A DNA stretch of 64,000 bases from Leucoraja erinacea. Lineage: Eukaryota. Below are positions 13,818-24,956 of this stretch, piece after piece. The first letter of the stretch is position 1; each line of letters opens with the position of its first letter. The DNA lies in contig NC_073406.1 in NCBI RefSeq assembly GCF_028641065.1, forward strand, positions 124,001 through 188,000. The letters are read 5' to 3'. The notes under the pieces were generated by a model that worked only from the letters and a program-made list of their open reading frames with translations, searched no databases and was not told the origin of the DNA. The translations under genes and the position numbers were made by a program.

Positions 13818-14236
13818 TTACAACTCTTGCTTTGTAGATGGAATATTCAGAGCTGCTGTTGACTTTGTATCTGGGACAGTGGGTGCCGGCTCCATAGTTT
13901 TTATCATGTGTTCAGGAACTTTGCTGCCTTCGGTCATTGACCCCTTCACCTCCGTCTCTTGCTCTGCAGCGTCCCCTGCAGGTTCCGCCCCATCCTGCGG
14001 CTTGTGGATGGGCTCAGGGGCTGGGCGCTCGCTTGACCGGTGGTCAGTGACCGGTGGTCGGTGGGGACATCGCTTGACCGGTGGTCAGTGGGGACATCGC
14101 TTGGACGGTGGTCGGTGGGGACATCGTTTGACCGGTGGTCAGTGGGGACGGGCTCCTTGACGTCCCCCTCATCTGGCTGCAGCTCCTCCTCCATCCCAAA
14201 CAACATATTCACCAAGTCATCGGCCTCAATCCTTTC
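13818..14236 (-). CDS. P3H1: P3H1 terminal coding exon 15. Frameshifted as assembled; the intended end is probably ...PSTKQEL*
   Basis: cag|ERIEADDLVNMLFGMEEEL..., followed by (VPTDHRSxD)n repeats. The literal frame stops at 13946 (...SKRRR*). The shifted frame after a 13-nt-short repeat unit at about 14048 runs to KQEL-TAA at 13818. Confidence 0.88.
14031..14149 (-). repeat. Coding 27-bp tandem repeat inside P3H1 exon 15
   Basis: (gcttgaccggtggtcagtggggacatc)n, encoding VPTDHRSxD; one junction lacks 13 nt. Confidence 0.95.
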
Positions 14237-14504
14237 CTGGGAACAGACAGAGCTGGTTAGTCATCGGACACTGAGCAACCAAGACTGGGACTGCCGGGGT
14301 CTGGGCATAAACACGTGGGCTCTGGGGCTTGTTGCTACATTATACTTTCCTATGGTCTATACTCTATACTTCTCCATGTTCTATACTTTTCTATGTTCTA
14401 TGTTTAATAAAATGAAGAGAGAAGGAAAGTTAAAACATTATAGAAAAGGAAGACCAATGAAACAGGAAAATCTACCTGATTTAGCATTACATACAGTATC
14501 TTGT

Positions 14505-15043
14505 AAATAGCTGCGGTCCCAGCACCGAGCCTTGCGGTACCCCACTAGTCACTGTCTGCCAACCAATTTTATATCCATGTCAATACTCTACCCCCAATAC
14601 CATGTGTTCTAATTTTGCCCATTAATCTCCTTTGTGGGACCTTATCAAAGACTATCTGAAAGTCCAGGTACACCACATCCACTGGCTCTCCCTTGTTCAT
14701 TTTACTTGTTACATCCTCAAAAAATTCCAGAAGATTAGTCAAGCAAGATTTCCCCTTCATAAATCCATGCTGACTTGGACCGATCCTGTTACTGCTATCC
14801 AAATGTGCCGCTATTACATCTTTGATAATCAACTCCAGCGTTTTCCCCACCCCTGATGTCGGGCTAACTGGTCTATAATTCCCTGTATTCTCTCTCCCTC
14901 CTTTCTTGAAAAGTGGGATAATATTAGCTACCCTCCAATCCACAGGAACTGATCCAGAATCTATAGAACATTGGAAAATGATCACCAATGCATCCTAAGC
15001 CACCTCCTTGAGTACCCTAGGATGCAGACCATCATGCCCTGGT
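14505..15043 (-). mobile_element. CR1-type LINE RT fragment in the last P3H1 intron
   Basis: VPVDWRVANIIPLFKKG..GNYRPVS..QHGFMKGKSCLTNLLEFF..DVVYLDF. Confidence 0.9.
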
Positions 15044-15711
15044 CATTAGATAGATTTACCTGTAGAAATGGAAGATCCTGTCTGACTGGACGATCCCATG
15101 AACTATGAACCGCCACTCATGGGGGGAGGGAGGGATGTTAGTTTATTTGTTCCAGACTCTTCCCCAATCTGCCCAACATCTACAGACAGTGTCTTCATTA
15201 GAATCCAGCCCCACTCGCTGAGACTAAGCGTCAAAGACATGGGGAGAGGGATGGTCATAGAGTGGTACAGCATGAAAACAGGCCCTTTGGCCCAACTTGC
15301 CCACACCGGCCAACATGTCCCAGCAACACTAGTCCCACCTGCCCGTGTTTGGTCCATATCCCTACAAACATGTCCTATGGATGGAGAGGAAGAGTGACTG
15401 TTTGAGTTGGAATTGAGACACTGTTTACACATAAATTATCAGTGAGAGACAGGTCTGAAGGTCCATGAGGAAAGATGATTTATTTAAACCTGGCAATACT
15501 GAGGATTGGAGATGACCACTGCATCTTCCCCACCGCAATGTTCTCCTCCTCATCTTACAACATCATCCAACATACCTTGCACTATTCCTTCCTCTGCCTA
15601 TACCACCCCATCATCGCCCACACCTTACCCACGCCACACACCAGCAGCACCAGGATCCACTCCTGCAAGTTAGACCACATTGTACAGTGAAGCTCGGTGA
15701 GTTAGTCGTAC

Positions 15712-15852
15712 CCGTTCTTTCTGCGTGGGATCCAAGGTGAACCAGAGTGCCACTCCACACCTCTGCCCTTTAGTCACAGCTTGCACTCCATGAGGATTCT
15801 CCGCCCCTGATGAGAAGGCCACCACACGACCACACTTTGGGTTCACCATCGC
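15712..15852 (-). CDS. P3H1: P3H1 exon 14 (distal His and 2OG-binding Arg)
   Basis: cag|AMVNPKCGRVVAFSSGAENPHGVQAVTKGQRCGVALWFTLDPTQKER|gtac; 141 bp. Confidence 0.97.
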
Positions 15853-16276
15853 CTGCACAAGGAGACATCATTAATCTGGAGTCACAAGGTGGAAGTAGAA
15901 CTAGATTCTGCAAGATCCCAAATCCTTTCCCAGTGTCACTTCCACCCACCATGTGGCTGGAACTTCTCCCATGCACGGAATCCTTAGCTGAATTCACTGG
16001 CCCAGGGGATTAGGTTGTGTTTCTGTTGTGTTTGGGACTTCCCCCACCATGGTTCTCCCCAATAGCCTTAACTCAGGCACTGAATTACCCAAATTGTGCA
16101 GAGGGAAGATGTTGAATAAGTTGATTGGAAATGGAAAAATAAAACATGGAATGGTTTGAGGCAGGTGAATGAATCTTCATTTAAGCAGAGTATTCCTGAT
16201 CTTGATACTGACAGAAGTGACAAGAGTTTCAACTCCTTCTGCTCGATGACCACAAAGAAAAGGTTTAGAAACTTAC

Positions 16277-16352
16277 TGTAATAACTTTAGCATCAATCTC
16301 CGTGAATATGAAGTTCCCACCTTCAAAATCGTGGTTTAAGTAAAGGATTGCA
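16277..16352 (-). CDS. P3H1: P3H1 exon 13
   Basis: cag|AILYLNHDFEGGNFIFTEIDAKVIT|gtaagt; 76 bp. Confidence 0.96.
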
Positions 16353-17426
16353 CTGTAATAAAATGTAATTGTGATTATTGAGAATCTGTAACTAACTATG
16401 CCGAGTTCTCAAAGACAACGCAAGACTTGTCCCCAGCTCCTACAGAGGCCAGTTATGGAGGCGCTGAGGCAAAACACAACACATGAAGACAGGAACTCAG
16501 AACAGAAGAGATGGCCAGCTGGATGGCTCTCCTCTCATTGAGAACCAGCAGTGAAGACCAGTGGGCACTGAGGAGTTGACACTTGGTGTGTTACACAAGA
16601 TTGGCTGGGGTGTAGGATGGGGCACACATTGGTTTACTATGCATTCACAATGAAACTTGCACACAGTGACATCACCAAGTGGCATTAATACTAAACCATG
16701 GGGAGTTGATTTATTACAACATGAAAACGAGAAGCTGCTGGGGCATCAGGCATCGATCATCATCAACAGTTGTGTTAAATGGTGCACGTTACTGATGGTG
16801 ATCAGGCTGAGAAACATCGGCCGTTTGGTTTTGGCATTGTTACTTCTCTCTCTCTCATTCCCAGAGGACAAAAGGTCATGCTGCCAAAGTGACATGAGTT
16901 TCTGCAGCTCTTTGTGCCAGCACTCAATTCATTCAGAAATCTGCTGCCCACAACCCCTACCTTCCACCACTCACATCTGCCACATGACCATGGCCTCTTC
17001 CTCACCAATCTCACACATCACATCACAGCCAACAAGAGCTGGCATTGCTCTAATTCCACCCCTTTGCTGCTTCTCTGAGTTTCATCCTTCAATCTTTAAG
17101 TGGTATCTTCTCAACCCCAGGTTCTGAAATTCTCTCCCTAGCCGTTGGTTCTGTGCTCTGGGCATCTGAAACCCAGCTCATCGTCCAAGCTGGAATAGAT
17201 GCCATAATATGCAGCATTTATGGCATTAGACAAGAATAGTATTCTCTTTAGTTTTGTTTAAAGATACAGCATGGAAACAGGCCCTTTGGCCCCAAGTCCA
17301 TGCCGACCACTTTCTCATCCACTCCCTGCACAATGGGGGCAATTTTACAGAGGCCAGTGATCTTACAAACTCTTTTGTTTAATGACAAAGGGAGTGTTAT
17401 ACTGTCAACTATTCTGTCCTTACAGT

Positions 17427-17604
17427 TGTTTAAGAAAGAGCTGCAGATGCTTGAAAAATCGAAGGTAGACAAACAAAAATTCTTGAGAAACTCAGCGGGT
17501 GAGGCAGCATCTATTCAGACCGCCCCCAAAACATCACCTATTCCTTCACTCCATAGATGCTGCCCCACCCGCTGAGTTTCTCCAGCATCTTTGTCTACCT
17601 TTGG
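17427..17604. mobile_element. Inverted pair of the Penelope-derived short repeat with 9-bp TSD
   Basis: ccttacagt at 17418-17426 and 17605-17613. Confidence 0.75.
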
Positions 17605-17884
17605 CCTTACAGTGATAGGTTAATCAATATCCTTACCTTGCTAAAACTGGTCAGGGAGTTTACTTTGAAATCCTGACTAGCACAGACCACTCGATAACTA
17701 CTAGTTCAATTCTGTTCATTACCCGGCAGCTACTTACGGGAGCTTTCTATGTATCGCACAGCAGTAGCTATAGTTTTAAATATTTCACTACTAAGATTAC
17801 TTTGGGGCATTCAAGGTGTAAAGTCGCTGTGTAAAAGGCGGCAGGTGGCAATGAAAGGGTGTCAGTGAGAGAGGTGAGGCTTAC

Positions 17885-18002
17885 CTATAATCGCGCTCAG
17901 TGTAAGCTGGGTGCTGCTTTGGACATTCCAGAGCCTCCGAGTTTAAAATGCAGTTGTCCACATGCACAGAGTGGCTGAGGTCTTCTCTTTTGTCCTGCAT
18001 TC
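17885..18002 (-). CDS. P3H1: P3H1 exon 12 (Fe-binding HxD motif of the 2OG-Fe(II) dioxygenase domain)
   Basis: tag|MQDKREDLSHSVHVDNCILNSEALECPKQHPAYTERDY(S)|gtaag; 118 bp. HVD motif intact. Confidence 0.97.
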
Positions 18003-18374
18003 CTAATGCAGGGAAGAAGGTCAAAGAATTCAAAGTTAGCAACTCACAGCTGTGCGCGCGTTGCCAGGAATAGGTTGGTGATTCAGGAACCAGCCTGAGT
18101 AGCAAGTCAAGGAAGTGGGGCATTCATAAGCAGCTGCAGTGCTTCATGTGAAAGTGCTCGCGTAGTGCCACTGGGTAGAGTTGGGTGTAAGAGAGAACTG
18201 CAGATGCTGGTTTAAATCGAAGGTAGACATAAAAAGCTGGAGTAACTCAGCAGGACAGGCAGCATCTCTGTAGAGAAGGAATGGGTGTCGTATAAGGTCG
18301 AGACCTTTCCCCAGAGGGTTGCAGCATTCATCAACAAATTCTACACAGCAACAATCAGGTTAGGGTTAACTGTA

Positions 18375-18640
18375 CTGAGTGTACAGACCCTTTGGCCCAC
18401 TGAGTCCATGCTGACCATCGATCACCCATTCACACTAGTTCTATGTTATCCCACTCCCTACACACTAGGGGGATTTTACAGAAGCCAATTAACCTGCAAA
18501 CCCGCACGTTTTTATGATGTGGGAGGAAACCCACGTGGTCATGGGTAGAACGTGCAAACTCCATAGAGACAGCACCTGTAGTCAGGGTCAAACCGGGGTC
18601 TCTGATGCCGTGAGGCAGCAACTCTAACAGCTAAGCCACT
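18375..18640 (-). mobile_element. V-SINE (HE1-like tRNA-derived SINE)
   Basis: tRNA-like head, V-domain ggagtttgcacgttct..gtgggtttcctcccacatc..ggttaattggc, and a CR1-like tail. Confidence 0.8.
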
Positions 18641-18751
18641 ATCTTTAACTATCTGCAAACAGGCTCAGCTGTAACCACTCGGTCCAGGTGCTCGAAAGGT
18701 AAGTTGAACCACCTGGTCCACATGTTCTAGAGTTAAGGGCGAAGCTGTTAC

Positions 18752-18902
18752 CTTCCACTGCTGTGCGACAGACAAGATGCGAGTAGGCAAAGTGGAGTGG
18801 CGTTTCCATTCGGAAGTAGGACTCGATGATTCTTCTCACCTTCTCACTGACATCGTAAAAGAGCCTGGATGTTTTAAGTGGGATGGTGCCCTTCTGACTA
18901 AG
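18752..18902 (-). CDS. P3H1: P3H1 exon 11
   Basis: cag|LSQKGTIPLKTSRLFYDVSEKVRRIIESYFRMETPLHFAYSHLVCRTAVE(G)|gtaa; 151 bp. Confidence 0.96.
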
Positions 18903-19261
18903 CTGCCAGAGTTGTACATGTTAGAGAAAATCAGAGGAGAGACAGAGTTACCTGGCAATTAATTCACAACAAACCTCATGGATCATTTACAGCAGCAAAT
19001 AAACAATGCGATGACATAGAACATTGAAAGATTAAAGTGTAAAAAACTCACCAAGGTTGAAACTGCAAAAATTTGTAGTAAATGCCTACTATGTTCTGTG
19101 TGCTGAAGCAAAGCAAGAATTTCATTGTCCTATACAGGGACACATGACAATAAACTCACTTGAACTTGACTTGAAGTTAGCCAATGAAAACCAGGGAAAC
19201 CAATCTGATTTTAGAAATGTTGTTGTTTTGTGTTGTAGCAGTTCAAACATTATTTTTTTTT

Positions 19262-19540
19262 AGTTCAGTTTAGAGATACAGTGCGGAAACAGGCCCTTCG
19301 GCCCACCGAGTCCACTCCGACCAGTGATCTCTGCACATTAACACTATCCTACACACTAGGAACAATTTACATTTATACCAAGCCAATTAACCTACACACC
19401 TGTACATCATTGGAGTGTGGGAGTAAACCGAAACAGGTCACGGGGAGAACGTACAAACTCCGTAAAGACAGAACCTGTAGTTGGGATCGAACCCAGGTTT
19501 CTGGCGCAGTGTGGCAGCAACTCTGCCGCTGCACCACCGG
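19262..19540 (-). mobile_element. V-SINE (HE1-like), well preserved
   Basis: A-box ggtgcagcgg, B-box ggttcgatccc, V-domain and tgtatctctaaactgaacta tail. Further copies at about 28125-28388 (+), 30880-31145 (-), 41495-41770 (+) and 42775-42976 (+). Confidence 0.82.
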
Positions 19541-19943
19541 TAATGCAATTAATACAAGATAAATATAGTATGATTTGTTGAAAAACAACAAATGCAGATG
19601 CTGAACATCGCAAATAAAAACCAAAAATGCTGGAAATACTCAGCTGGTCACAGATGTTTCAGGTCAGGCAACGTCTGCGGAGAGAGAAAATACAATGAAC
19701 TCCTCAAGTCAATGACCAGATCTGCACAATCGACTCGTCTTTATGATGAAAGGTCCTGGAACATTAACTGCTTCTCCTTCCACAGATGCTGCCTGACCTA
19801 CTGAGAGCATCTAGTATTTCCTGCTTTTAATGCACCAATTGATGATGATCTATTTTACTTTTGTGCAATTATAATTCTTGTAAATAAACTTGATTTTCAG
19901 CTGTAGTTGGAATGAAACAGTGGGAATGTTTATTTTTAGCCTG

Positions 19944-20153
19944 ATGCAGATGCTGGATTAAACCAAAGATAGACACAAAATGCTGGAGTAACTCAGCGTG
20001 CAGGCAGCATGTCTGGAGAGAAGGGTTGGGTGACCTTTCGGGTCGAGACACTTCAGTCTGAAGAAGGTTCTCGATCCAGAATGTCACCCATTCCTTCTCT
20101 CAAGAGATGCTACCTGTCCCGTTGAGTTACTCCAGCATTTTGTGTCTATCTTT
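19944..20153. mobile_element. Inverted (palindromic) pair of the Penelope-derived hammerhead repeat
   Basis: Arms 19965-20056 and 20058-20153 are near reverse complements around cttcag-t-ctgaag. Confidence 0.8.
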
Positions 20154-20491
20154 TACTTTTAGCCTAGTGTGCAAAGGAGTGTGGGTGTGGGAGTTCAGTG
20201 CCAAAGAGTGTGGTCTATTCACAGCGGCACAAGTATAGAGTTCAAGTCCGTCGTTCAGTATATGTAGAATGTTGAAGGTGAATGCTGCCTGACATTGGAG
20301 GGAACAGACACAGGTATAAAGGGTAAATGGTGTCAAACCTGGAGACTGAGGTGGAGGAATAGAAGCCAAAAAAAACTAATGTTAAACAGGTGGGATTGAA
20401 GGAGACCCATCAGGTAAAAGGCAGGTAATGTTTCACCTGTCTACACCTGAGGAGATGCTGAGCCGGTCTATAACAGTGTGGACTCACTCAC

Positions 20492-20587
20492 CTTTAACGC
20501 CTTCAGTACCGTCACCCCCTGGAATCGCTCATTGGGCGTGTGAGGAGAAGGCCTCCCATAATAACCGTCACCCAGTGAAGCAGCAGC
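20492..20587 (-). CDS. P3H1: P3H1 exon 10
   Basis: cag|AAASLGDGYYGRPSPHTPNERFQGVTVLKALK|gtgagt; 96 bp. Confidence 0.96.
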
Positions 20588-20874
20588 CTGCAAAGTCAGC
20601 ACAGGCATACCAAGGATTTGGAAATGTATTGCAAGAAGTTCCGGCTTCCCTCTCAGTAGAAGTATTGGCCCGCACATCATTATCCTTCTAACCTGCACAA
20701 CTGCCTTTGGACAGGATCAGAGCCTTGATCCCTGCCTCATGTGTTTCACAGTGAATAAACCCACATCACTCAGCCCTGTGAAAATGCCAAGAGCATTTGG
20801 AAAAGTGGATACAAACTTCACATCGAGCCATGGTGGCAGACGCTGGTAATCTCTCTCCAACCATCTCCCTACCC

Positions 20875-21300
20875 ACCCTGCTACCCCCCCCACCCCACCC
20901 ACCCATCCATCCCCACCCACCCCCCAACCCACCCCCCCCACCCACTACCCCCATGCACCCCACACCCCCACACACCCAACCACCCACCCACCCCACACAC
21001 CCACCCACCCACCACCCCACCTACACCCACCCACCCACACACCCACCCACAGACCAACCCACCCACACACCCCACCCACACACCCTACAACTCACTAGTA
21101 CTGACCTAAGACTCTATAGTCCCATCCTATAGAGACCCATCCTATAGAGTCCCATGCTATAGTCCCATCCTATAGAGACCCATCCTATAGTCCTGGCCTA
21201 TAGAGACCCATCCTATAGAGTCCCATCCTATGGAGACCCATCCTATAGAGACCCATCCTATAGAGACCCATCCTATAGAGTCCCATCCTGTAGAGTCCCG
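20875..21300. repeat. (CCCA)n low-complexity tract followed by a 15-bp minisatellite
   Basis: C/A-rich tract at 20875-21085, then (cccatcctatagaga)n at 21110-21300. Confidence 0.92.
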
Positions 21301-21368
21301 GCCTGCCCAACCTCTCCCTGTAGCTCAGGCCCTGCCCGGTCTTGCAGGCTGTGGACAGAGATACTCAC

Positions 21369-21496
21369 ATTGGAGAGGTAGCGCATTTCCTGACATTCTT
21401 CATCAGTGATCACTCCGTCGAGCAAGACCCGCTGCGTGCCATTCAACAGGCGTGCGTTCATTACAACTTGGACACTGTCAAATAGCAACGGTCCCC
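21369..21496 (-). CDS. P3H1: P3H1 exon 9
   Basis: cag|GPLLFDSVQVVMNARLLNGTQRVLLDGVITDEECQEMRYLSN|gtgagt; 128 bp. Confidence 0.96.
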
Positions 21497-21700
21497 CTGG
21501 AAGTCACAAAACATTGGGGATATTTACACAGGACCTTACTGGGAATTGACAAAATCAGGGTCACATCATGAATGGATAGGTTGTGAGTAAGATTGTACAA
21601 CACTTCATTCTCAAGACCATGTCTGCAAGATTAGATCAAGAAAGACAAAGTTAAACATGCTGAGAAAACTGAAAGTAGTCTGTCAGGTGTTTTACAGAAG

Positions 21701-21864
21701 GTACACAAAAATGCTGGAGAAACTCAGTGGGTGCAGCAGCATCTATGGAGCGAAGGAAATAGGCAACGTTTCGGGACAAAACCCTTCTTCAGACTTCACC
21801 CGCTGAGTTTCTCCAGCATTATTGTCTACCCTCGATTTTCCAGCATCTGCAGTTCCTTCTTAAA
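21701..21864. mobile_element. Inverted pair of the Penelope-derived short repeat with about 17-bp TSD
   Basis: caggtgttttacagaag (21684-21700) versus cagatgatttacagaag (21865-21881). Confidence 0.78.
21762..21795 (-). ncRNA. Minimal short-stem-III hammerhead ribozyme motif in a Penelope-derived short repeat (best-preserved core)
   Basis: Minus strand reads aguCUGAAGAaGGGuuuuguCCCGAAACGUUgcc: CUGANGA box, stem II, GAAA box and palindromic AACGUU. Activity untested. Confidence 0.6.
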
Positions 21865-22324
21865 CAGATGATTTACAGAAGCTACCAACCATAAAGGAAA
21901 TAGTTTTAAGGTTAGAAAACAGATTCAGCCAACACATTGCATCATTACAGAGTTGGAACAAGATCATTGATAAATATTAGGATAACAAAATCTGAAATAA
22001 AAACAGAAAAAGCTAGAAATAGTCAGGAGGTCATGCAGCACCTGAGGAGAGAGAAACAGAGTTACTGATTCAGGTGAAAGGTACTCAACTTGAAATGTTT
22101 ATTCTGTTTCTCTTCCCACAGATGTTGCCTGATCCGTTGGCATAAGACCACCTGATCGGACTGAGGCGAAGGCTGCGTATTTCAATATTACTTACCTTAT
22201 TTAGGGTAGGATAGAAATCTGTCAATAACACCCCTTTTTACCCCTATTTGGAACGATCCCCCCTCCCCCAAACTCTGTCATAAAATGGTTTGTCCAGAAC
22301 CAGGTACGATGGACACTAGCTCAC

Positions 22325-22446
22325 CTTCTTTCACCATCTTCACAATCTCAGATGATTCCTTGGTTTTCTCATCCACCAAGTTCTCAATCTCTTTCATCAA
22401 ATTTCCAATTTCTTCAGAGATGCGAGCTGCAGTTTCCCGTTCCGCC
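22325..22446 (-). CDS. P3H1: P3H1 exon 8
   Basis: cag|AERETAARISEEIGNLMKEIENLVDEKTKESSEIVKMVKE(G)|gtgag; 122 bp. Confidence 0.96.
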
Positions 22447-22689
22447 CTGTTAGCAGGATCATTGTCTCAATCAAAGAGGATTTGTTCAAGTGTCAGGAAT
22501 CTCCCGTTCTCACCTGGAGATTGTTACAAGAAGCCCCATGGTTGGGGTGAGCACGGACCCTTCCCAGGTAATCCCCTATCCCAATCCCAGTCTCGTGGGA
22601 AACTGCCACTACAGCTCTCCCTGACTCAGGGGGTGCACTGTTTAACATCGCGGAAGGTCAGGAAAATCTGTCAGAATTCACCACGTGGA

Positions 22690-23810
22690 TAGTGTGAAAA
22701 CTGCAGTTTTCATTTCTGATGATCACACTCAGAGTAAGAATCTGGGCAAAAACAGGAAGGACAAGGTTGTGCATGGTCGGTTGCTTTGGAAGGTCAGAGC
22801 ATAAGAGATCCAAAGAGTAATAGCTGAATGGATTGAAAATTGGCTTCATAGAAGAAGTCAGAGGGTGAAGGTGGAAGGTTGTTTTTGTGACTAGTGGCGT
22901 GCCTCAGGGTTCAATACTAGGTTCATTGTTGTTTGTCATCTATATCTATGTTTGGATGAGAACATTCAGAGCAAGATTAGCAAGTTTGCAGATGACTTAA
23001 AAGTGGGTGATATTGTTGATAGTGAAGAATTGCAGCAGGATCTGCATCGATTGGTTGGGTGGGCTGAGGAATGGTTGATGGAATTTGATACAGAGAAACA
23101 TGAGGTGTTGTATTTTGGGCAGGAGCTACACAAAGTGCTCTGGGGACTGTGATCGAGCAGAGGGATCTAGGAGTGCAGGTGCATGGTTCCTTGAAAGTGG
23201 CATCACAGGTAGAAAGGCTTTTGGAACATTGGCTTTCATCAGTCGGAGTATTGAGTTTAGAAGATATAGAAAGGCCACATTTAGTGTATTGTGTTCAATT
23301 TTGGGCACCATGGTATAGGAAAGATGTCAAGCAGTAAACGATACAGAGAAGATTTATGAGGATGTTGCCAGGATTCGAGGGCCCATGCAGGCTAAGAGCC
23401 TATTCCATGGACTGCAGAAGGATGAGGGGTAATGTTATAGAGGTGTACACAATCATGAGAGGAATAGATTGGGTAAACGCAGAGAGTCTCTTACCCAGAG
23501 TAGGGGAATCAAGAACCAGAGGACATAGGTTTAAGGAGATGGGGGAAAGATTTAATAGGAACCTGAGGGGTAGCTTTTTTACACAAAGGGTGGTGGGTGT
23601 ATGGAACGAGCTGCCAGAGGAGATAGTTGAGGCAGGTACTATCGCAACGTTTAAGAAACATTTAGACAGGTACATGGATAGGTCAGGATTAGAGGGATAT
23701 GGGCCAAATGCTGGCAGATGGGACTAGTATAGATGGGGCATGTTGGTTGGCGTGGGCAGGTTGGGTTGGGTTGCAGGGCCGGTTTCCACACTGTATCACT
23801 CTGTGACATC
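22690..23810 (+). mobile_element. Degenerate CR1-type LINE 3' portion
   Basis: SKFADD, HLVYCVQFWAP and FFTQRVVGVWNELP pieces in different frames, followed by the 3' tail. Confidence 0.85.
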
Positions 23811-23839
23811 TGGAAAGATAGTGGGGTTTTGAATCTTAC

Positions 23840-23892
23840 TTTTGCTTTGCCTTGAGTTTAACAGGTATCACACTCTCTGGAGTCCACTTGTC
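23840..23892 (-). CDS. P3H1: P3H1 exon 7
   Basis: cag|DKWTPESVIPVKLKAKQ(K)|gtaaga; 53 bp, phase fits both neighbours. Confidence 0.93.
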
Positions 23893-24956
23893 CTGGAAAT
23901 GCAGGGAATAAATAGTCAGTGAACTGCTGGAAAACTTGGCATCATTGTGATCATTGATGAGATCAACTGGCTGGGAAAGATCTCTCCCAATTTCATTACA
24001 TGGAAATTAAACAGAACTGCAGATGCTGGAAATCTGAGACAGAAACAGAACGTGCTGAAACCATTCATTTAACAGTTTCTTTCCCCTCCTGACCAGCTGA
24101 GTGTTTCCAGCATATCCAGTTTCTATCTTTCAATCCACGTCTGTCGATTTAAATATGTAGCTATATCAATATCACACAATCATGTGCAGCCACATGAGAT
24201 CAGTTCAACTTGGCATCATGTTCAGCACAAACGTGGTGGGCTGAAGGGCCGTTCTGGTGCTATGTTCTATCTCACACTATAGTCAACTTAGCCAACCCCA
24301 CATTCAGTCACAGAGAAACACTAGTGTGTGTGTGCAAGTGGCCTGGGATATCTTTCACATTTATATAAGGATTCCACTGGGGTCCATATCCTTACCTTCC
24401 CTCTGTATTCTGCTGCCAATGCTGCTCACCTCATGGACAGATACGGGCACAAGACAGGAACAACAAGCAAGGCAAATGGCTTTATGAATTGTTAGAATTA
24501 GAAACTCAATAGCAGCAGACAAGATGCACCAACTCCAGGCCATGGTCCGCTACTGTATAAGAAGGAGTGCGGTAAAGATGTTAGAGACAACACAGAACAT
24601 CTCCTAGATGGAATCAGGAATACCCTTCGGAGTGAAGATGATGCCCATGTAACTACACGGATTCACACATCTAACTGATTATATGTATATACAAGAACTA
24701 GCCTGACATTTGTATTATTACTTTTATACAGGGAGGGTAAGTGCAGCTTTAATAACTAAGTGTGCATTTGTGATATATTTTTACACCATTGTTGGGAGTT
24801 TATTGCTTTCAGTGAAGGGTGGTCAGTGGTTGCAGAGTCGATGGTCACCTCTGTAATCAGCAAAACTCAGGACCCTTCAAACACGACACATTGATAAGTG
24901 AAACCTTATCCTGCAGGCATTCAGGTCAGAAGGAAAACCGAGTGTAACTGCTCTGT

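Noticed and set aside
19480-19540. tRNA gene suggested by A/B boxes
   Set aside because: It is the tRNA-derived head of a V-SINE, continuing into the V-domain and a LINE-like tail with no complete cloverleaf.
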